Source of the DNA: an uncultured Bacilli bacterium
GTDB taxonomy: Bacteria > Bacillota_I > Bacilli_A > RF39 > UBA660
Length of the DNA stretch: 64,000 nucleotides
NCBI GenBank assembly: GCA_934085825.1
Contig: CAKOHR010000001.1
Span: 64,379 to 128,378 of the forward strand
Direction: 5' to 3'
This document shows positions 59,794 to 64,000 of this stretch, piece by piece (the stretch's first letter is position 1; each line of letters starts with the position of its first letter). The position numbers and the translations under genes are program-made. The notes under the pieces were generated by a model. That model was not told the origin of the DNA. It worked only from the letters and a program-made list of their open reading frames with translations, and did not search any database.

Positions 59794-60921
59794 ATGATAT
59801 ATTTAGATTATAGTGCTACAACACCTGTTGATATTAGTGTTTTTGATACCCTTTCAAATGTTACTAAAAATTTTGCTGGAAATGCTAATTCTATTCATAG
59901 TTTAGGACAAAAATCTAGTGCGTTACTAGAAAGTGCTACGAAACAAATTGCTGATATATTTGGAGTAAATGCTAGTGAAATAGTTTATACAAGTGGAGCA
60001 ACAGAAGCAAATAATATGGCTTTAATTGGAGCAGCCCTTGCTAATCATAAAAAAGGGAAACATATTATTGTTTCAAAACTAGAACATCCATCGATATATG
60101 CTATATGTGATTATTTGAAAACAATGGGATTTGAAATAAGTTACGTTAATAATGATAAAGAAGGTTTAATTGATTTTGATGATTTAAAAGAAAAGGTTAG
60201 AGAAGATACAATTTTGGTTAGTATTTGTGCTGTTAATTCTGAAATTGGAGTAAGACAACCATTAAAGATGATTAGACAAATAATAAAGAAAGAAAACATG
60301 GGAACAATTTTTCATTCTGATATGACACAAGCTATTGGTAAAGTTAGTGTTAATATGCATGATGTTGACCTTGCTAGCATGTCTGGACATAAAATATTTG
60401 GGCCTAAAGGAATTGGTTTTCTATATAAAAGTAGTATGGTTAAAATAACACCACTTATATATGGAAGTGGTAAAAGTAATGATTTAAAACCAGGAACACC
60501 ACCACTTCCTTTAATTGCAGCTTTATCAAAAGCTATTAGACTTGCAAATGATGGTTTAGAGAAAAAAGAAAGATTTGTAAGTTTACTTAATGATAAAATA
60601 ACTTCTAGTTTAAGTAAATATCCAAATATTATTATAAATAAAACTAAATATAGTATTCCTCAGATATTAAATATTAGCCTTATGGATGTTATGCCGGAAG
60701 TTATGGTGCATGCTTTAGATAAACATGAAATATATGTAAGTACTAATACAGCTTGTTCCAGCGGAGATATATCTAATAGTGTTATAGCTATTTATAATGA
60801 TGTAAATAGAGCAAAACATACTTTAAGAATTAGTTTATCTTATGTAACAACAACTGAGGAAGTAAATAGATTTTTGGAAATATTTAAAGAAGAATACGAA
60901 AACTTAAGTAATTTAAAATGA
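59794..60921 (+). CDS. cysteine desulfurase (class V aminotransferase, NifS/IscS/NifZ-like)
   Basis: PLP-lysine region SMSGHKIFGPKGIGFLY and a catalytic-Cys loop (TNTACSSG). Confidence 0.85.
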   Translation: MIYLDYSATTPVDISVFDTLSNVTKNFAGNANSIHSLGQKSSALLESATKQIADIFGVNASEIVYTSGATEANNMALIGAALANHKKGKHIIVSKLEHPSIYAICDYLKTMGFEISYVNNDKEGLIDFDDLKEKVREDTILVSICAVNSEIGVRQPLKMIRQIIKKENMGTIFHSDMTQAIGKVSVNMHDVDLASMSGHKIFGPKGIGFLYKSSMVKITPLIYGSGKSNDLKPGTPPLPLIAALSKAIRLANDGLEKKERFVSLLNDKITSSLSKYPNIIINKTKYSIPQILNISLMDVMPEVMVHALDKHEIYVSTNTACSSGDISNSVIAIYNDVNRAKHTLRISLSYVTTTEEVNRFLEIFKEEYENLSNLK

Positions 60922-60922
60922 G

Positions 60923-60949
60923 CTATTCAAAAAAGAATAGTCTTTTTTA
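60923..60949 (+). terminator. rho-independent terminator
   Basis: ctattc aaaaaa gaatag hairpin plus a T-run. Confidence 0.5.
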
Positions 60950-60987
60950 ATGTTTTGTGTTAAAATACGTAAGGAAAGAGGTGTGCT

Positions 60988-62172
60988 ATGAAAAAACTAA
61001 TTATTATAAAGTATGGTGAACTAAGCACTAAAAAAGATAATAAAAACTTTTTTATAAGTAAACTAAAAAATAATATTGAAGTTACTTTAAAAGATATTAA
61101 CCATAATACTTATTATGATTTTGGTAGAATGTTTATTGAAACTGATGATTTTGATGAAGTAATAAAACATTTAGAAAATGTCTTTGGAATACAAGAGCTT
61201 TTAGTGGGTTATACATCAAATAATTTAGAAATAGATGATATTAAAAATGATGTTTTAAATTTAGTAAGTAGTAAAAAATTTAAAACGTTTAAGGTTGTGA
61301 CTAAAAGAAGTAATAAAAGTTATCCCATAAATTCAATGGAAATAAGCAAAATAGTAGGTGGACATTTACTAAAAAATATTAGTGATATAAAAGTTGATGT
61401 TCATAATCCTGAGCTTACAGTAAATATTGAAATAAGAAATGAAGAAGTACTTTTTTATTTTGAAGGTATTAAAGGATTAGGTGGCTATCCAGTTGGAACA
61501 CTTGGTAAAGGATTACTTATGCTAAGTGGTGGAATAGATTCACCAGTTGCGGGTTTCCTTGCTATCAAACGTGGTGTTAAACTCGAAGCAATTTATTTTG
61601 AAAGTCCACCTCATACCAGTGATGCTGCGAAAGATAAAGTTTTAAAGCTTGCTAGAGTTTTAGCTAAATATAATACGGAAGTAAAGGTACATGTAATTAA
61701 CTTTACAGAAATACAAGAAACTATACTTAAGAATATACCTCATGAATATTTAATTACTATAATGAGAAGAATGATGTATAGAATAAGTGCTATTATTGCA
61801 AATGAAAATAAATGTAATATTTTGGTAAATGGTGAATCAATTGGTCAAGTTGCAAGTCAAACTTTAACTAGCATGAGAGCTATAAATGAAGTAGTTAAGA
61901 TGCCAGTTATAAGACCAGTTGCATGTTTTGATAAACTAGAAATAATTGATATTTCAAAGAAAATTGGTACATATGATATATCAACACTTCCTTTTGAAGA
62001 TTGTTGTACAGTATTTGTACCTAAACATCCAGTTATAAATCCGAGTCCAGCACTATGTGAAGAGTATGAAGCATTGATACCATATAAAGAATTAATTTAT
62101 AAAGCAATAAAAGGACATACTACGATAAAAGTTGGTATAAAAGAAGAAAATAAATTTAGCGATTTGTTATAA
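60988..62172 (+). CDS. thiI: tRNA 4-thiouridine synthase ThiI
   Basis: THUMP region, then a PP-loop SGGIDSP. Confidence 0.85.
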   Translation: MKKLIIIKYGELSTKKDNKNFFISKLKNNIEVTLKDINHNTYYDFGRMFIETDDFDEVIKHLENVFGIQELLVGYTSNNLEIDDIKNDVLNLVSSKKFKTFKVVTKRSNKSYPINSMEISKIVGGHLLKNISDIKVDVHNPELTVNIEIRNEEVLFYFEGIKGLGGYPVGTLGKGLLMLSGGIDSPVAGFLAIKRGVKLEAIYFESPPHTSDAAKDKVLKLARVLAKYNTEVKVHVINFTEIQETILKNIPHEYLITIMRRMMYRISAIIANENKCNILVNGESIGQVASQTLTSMRAINEVVKMPVIRPVACFDKLEIIDISKKIGTYDISTLPFEDCCTVFVPKHPVINPSPALCEEYEALIPYKELIYKAIKGHTTIKVGIKEENKFSDLL

Positions 62173-62202
62173 TTTTAAAAAAAATAAACATAATATTATT
62201 AG

Positions 62203-62412
62203 GTGATATTTATGTTTAAGATGAGTGATTACTACTATAAAGGTTATGATATTGAAAGTAAAAGTAGATTAGAAAAAATTAGAATGGAATATTCTAATCC
62301 TTATGGATATAATTTAGAAAGTAATCAAAGAAGAGTAGTGGATATAGATTCAAATGTAACTCATACTAATCAGAATATGGTTAAAAATAGGGAATATAAA
62401 GCAGAAAAATAG
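62203..62412 (+). CDS. small hypothetical protein
   Basis: 69-aa ORF followed by a plausible terminator. No recognisable motif. Confidence 0.3.
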   Translation: MIFMFKMSDYYYKGYDIESKSRLEKIRMEYSNPYGYNLESNQRRVVDIDSNVTHTNQNMVKNREYKAEK

Positions 62413-62794
62413 GCAAAGATATTGAAAGATATTTTTGCTTTTTTAGTGGATTTTAAAATTGTACTATATATATGAAGCAAAGTATTAATTTGTGGCTAAA
62501 TGTATGTTAAAATTTAACTATAAAAAAACAAGGAAAGAATTATTTTATAACTTAATAAAAGAAGATATGTAGTTGTGGAAAAGAAATTAAAATTTTCTAA
62601 AAATTTTTTCACTAAGGTTAGACCACATGCAATAAAAGAAGATAAGATAGATAATATTTCTTTTAAATGGCCTAAAAGTGTTATGGCTGGCAATGAAAAA
62701 GCAATATTATATTCAGTTAAATATAAAAATAAAGGAAAAATGTTGGATAATATATATAATTAATTTTGTAATATTTTTTTATATTTTTAACATT

Positions 62795-62875
62795 ATTCCT
62801 TTGAAAAAAACTCTCACTATAGTGAATATTCCTTTGAAAAAATCCTTTGATACAGAAAATATTCCTTTGAAAAAA
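62795..62875. repeat. three direct repeats (atattcctttgaaaaaa, 33-bp period) with an embedded 12-bp palindrome, upstream of the AAA ATPase gene
   Basis: The repeats start at 62795, 62828 and 62861. The palindrome TCACTATAGTGA lies between repeats 1 and 2. Confidence 0.6.
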
Positions 62876-62948
62876 TCTTTTTTGACAAAAAAAACGTGGA
62901 CATTTTACCTGAAAAATGCTATTATATTGTTGAGGATGGTGATTGTCT

Positions 62949-64000
62949 GTGTTAAAAAGAAAAGTTGTTAGTGAACTTATAGATTGGAAAAATAATCATA
63001 AAAATAAGTGTTTATTAGTAATTGGTGCTAGGCAAATAGGAAAAACTTTTATAATTAGGGAATTCGCAAAAGAAAATTATGATTCTTTTTACGAAATAAA
63101 TTTTCTTGAAAATGAAAAACAAAAAGAAATATTTAAAGATGATTTAAGTGTGGATAACATTATAAAAGAAATTTCATTAAGAATACCAACCTTTAAAGTT
63201 GCTGATGGAAAAACATTGCTGTTTTTAGACGAAATTCAAGAGTGTCCTCAGGCAATTACAGCCTTAAAATTTTTAGCTCAAGATAAAAGATTTGACTGTA
63301 TTGCTTCAGGTTCTATGTTAGGTATGGCTTATAAGAGAACATCTTCTTTCCCAGTGGGATACATAGATAGAATATATATGAACTCGCTTGATTTTGAAGA
63401 ATTTTTATGGGCAAAAGGTGTAACTGATGAAACAATTAATTATATTAAAGAATTTTATGATAATAAAAAACAAGTTAATATGTTTGCTCATAATGGAATG
63501 CACGAATTATTTAGAGAGTATATCGTACTCGGAGGCATGCCTGAAGTTATAAATGAATTTTTATCATCTAATAATTTTAACGTAGCTTTAAACATTCAAA
63601 AAGAAATATTGGATGGATATAGGGATGATATTATAAAATATGCCCCAGCAGATGAAAAAGTAAAAATAAGGGCTTGTTTTGATAGCATACCAGTTCAACT
63701 TGCTAAAGATAATAAAAAGTTTAAATATAATTTGGTACAAAAAAAGGCGGATAAAAGCAAATTATTTAATTCTTTAGAGTGGCTATATGATGCAGGGATA
63801 ATTAATTTCTGTTATAATTTAAGAAATCCTGAAGCTCCGTTGGAAGGAAATAAAATAATTGATTCTTTTAAAGTATATATGAAAGATACTGGACTTTTAA
63901 TGGCTATGATGGATGAAGGTTCGCAACTAGAAATTATAAATGGAAATTTGGGTATATACAAGGGAGCAATTTACGAAAATATTATTGCAGATGTTTTTAC
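62949..64000 (+). CDS. AAA+ ATPase of the DUF4143 (AAA_14) family, 3' end outside the window
   Basis: GTG start. LVIGARQIGKTF Walker A, LFLDEIQ Walker B. The frame stays open to the window end. Not in the supplied ORF track. Confidence 0.65.
   Translation, partial: MLKRKVVSELIDWKNNHKNKCLLVIGARQIGKTFIIREFAKENYDSFYEINFLENEKQKEIFKDDLSVDNIIKEISLRIPTFKVADGKTLLFLDEIQECPQAITALKFLAQDKRFDCIASGSMLGMAYKRTSSFPVGYIDRIYMNSLDFEEFLWAKGVTDETINYIKEFYDNKKQVNMFAHNGMHELFREYIVLGGMPEVINEFLSSNNFNVALNIQKEILDGYRDDIIKYAPADEKVKIRACFDSIPVQLAKDNKKFKYNLVQKKADKSKLFNSLEWLYDAGIINFCYNLRNPEAPLEGNKIIDSFKVYMKDTGLLMAMMDEGSQLEIINGNLGIYKGAIYENIIADVF

Noticed and set aside
62795-62875. 33-bp-period direct repeats considered as a possible CRISPR array
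   Set aside because: There are only three short (17-20 bp) AT-rich repeats and the spacers carry a palindrome. No cas genes are in the window, and the repeats sit in a promoter position upstream of an ATPase gene.
62678-62971. 97-aa ORF in the supplied track
   Set aside because: It is composed of the translated direct repeats (IPLKK x3) upstream of the AAA ATPase and is an artefact of repeat translation.

Overview
AT-rich (roughly 27-28% GC) chromosomal window from a spore-forming Firmicute, Clostridia/Erysipelotrichia-like. The evidence is cotJB-cotJC, sepF-divIVA, ezrA-iscS-thiI, scpAB, pcrA-ligA and glmS with its ribozyme. Conserved backbone genes, in order: glyQS (3' part), sepF, divIVA, tRNA-Lys, ftsY-ylxM, dacA-like carboxypeptidase, trmL, ftsK/spoIIIE, cotJC/cotJB, scpA/scpB, pcrA, ligA, rpsD, typA/bipA, a Ca2+-type P-type ATPase, tRNA-Met(CAT), glmS plus glmS ribozyme, ezrA, cysteine desulfurase, thiI. 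Accessory content sits between these. (1) Two tandemly duplicated, strongly promoted genes (12.7-16.7 kb) encode membrane-anchored glycine-rich proteins with near-identical 5' halves, conserved 3' ends and a highly diverged Gly-rich middle. (2) A family of modular secreted proteins (22175-23353, 49832-51778) shares an uncharacterised C-terminal domain. One member carries a TasA/SipW-type AYF signal peptide and sits behind a T18 homopolymer. (3) One intact and one decayed TnpB-only IS200/IS605-family element each retain a structured omega-RNA-like right end. (4) The decayed copy is immediately followed by a radical-SAM/SPASM, HD-hydrolase, M16-M16 peptidase operon, a candidate peptide-maturation (RiPP-like) cluster. 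(5) A nested-palindrome repeat element with an embedded terminator hairpin occurs in two copies, in the Ca-ATPase leader and next to tRNA-Met. (6) An IS30-family element with a frameshifted transposase lies beside tRNA-Met. There is also an amidoligase-like orphan gene, a degenerate GGDEF protein, a CAP-domain protein with a poly-Asn microsatellite, and iteron-like direct repeats upstream of a DUF4143-type AAA ATPase. No CRISPR array or cas genes are seen. All functional calls rest on motif recognition by eye in the translated ORFs; no searches were run.
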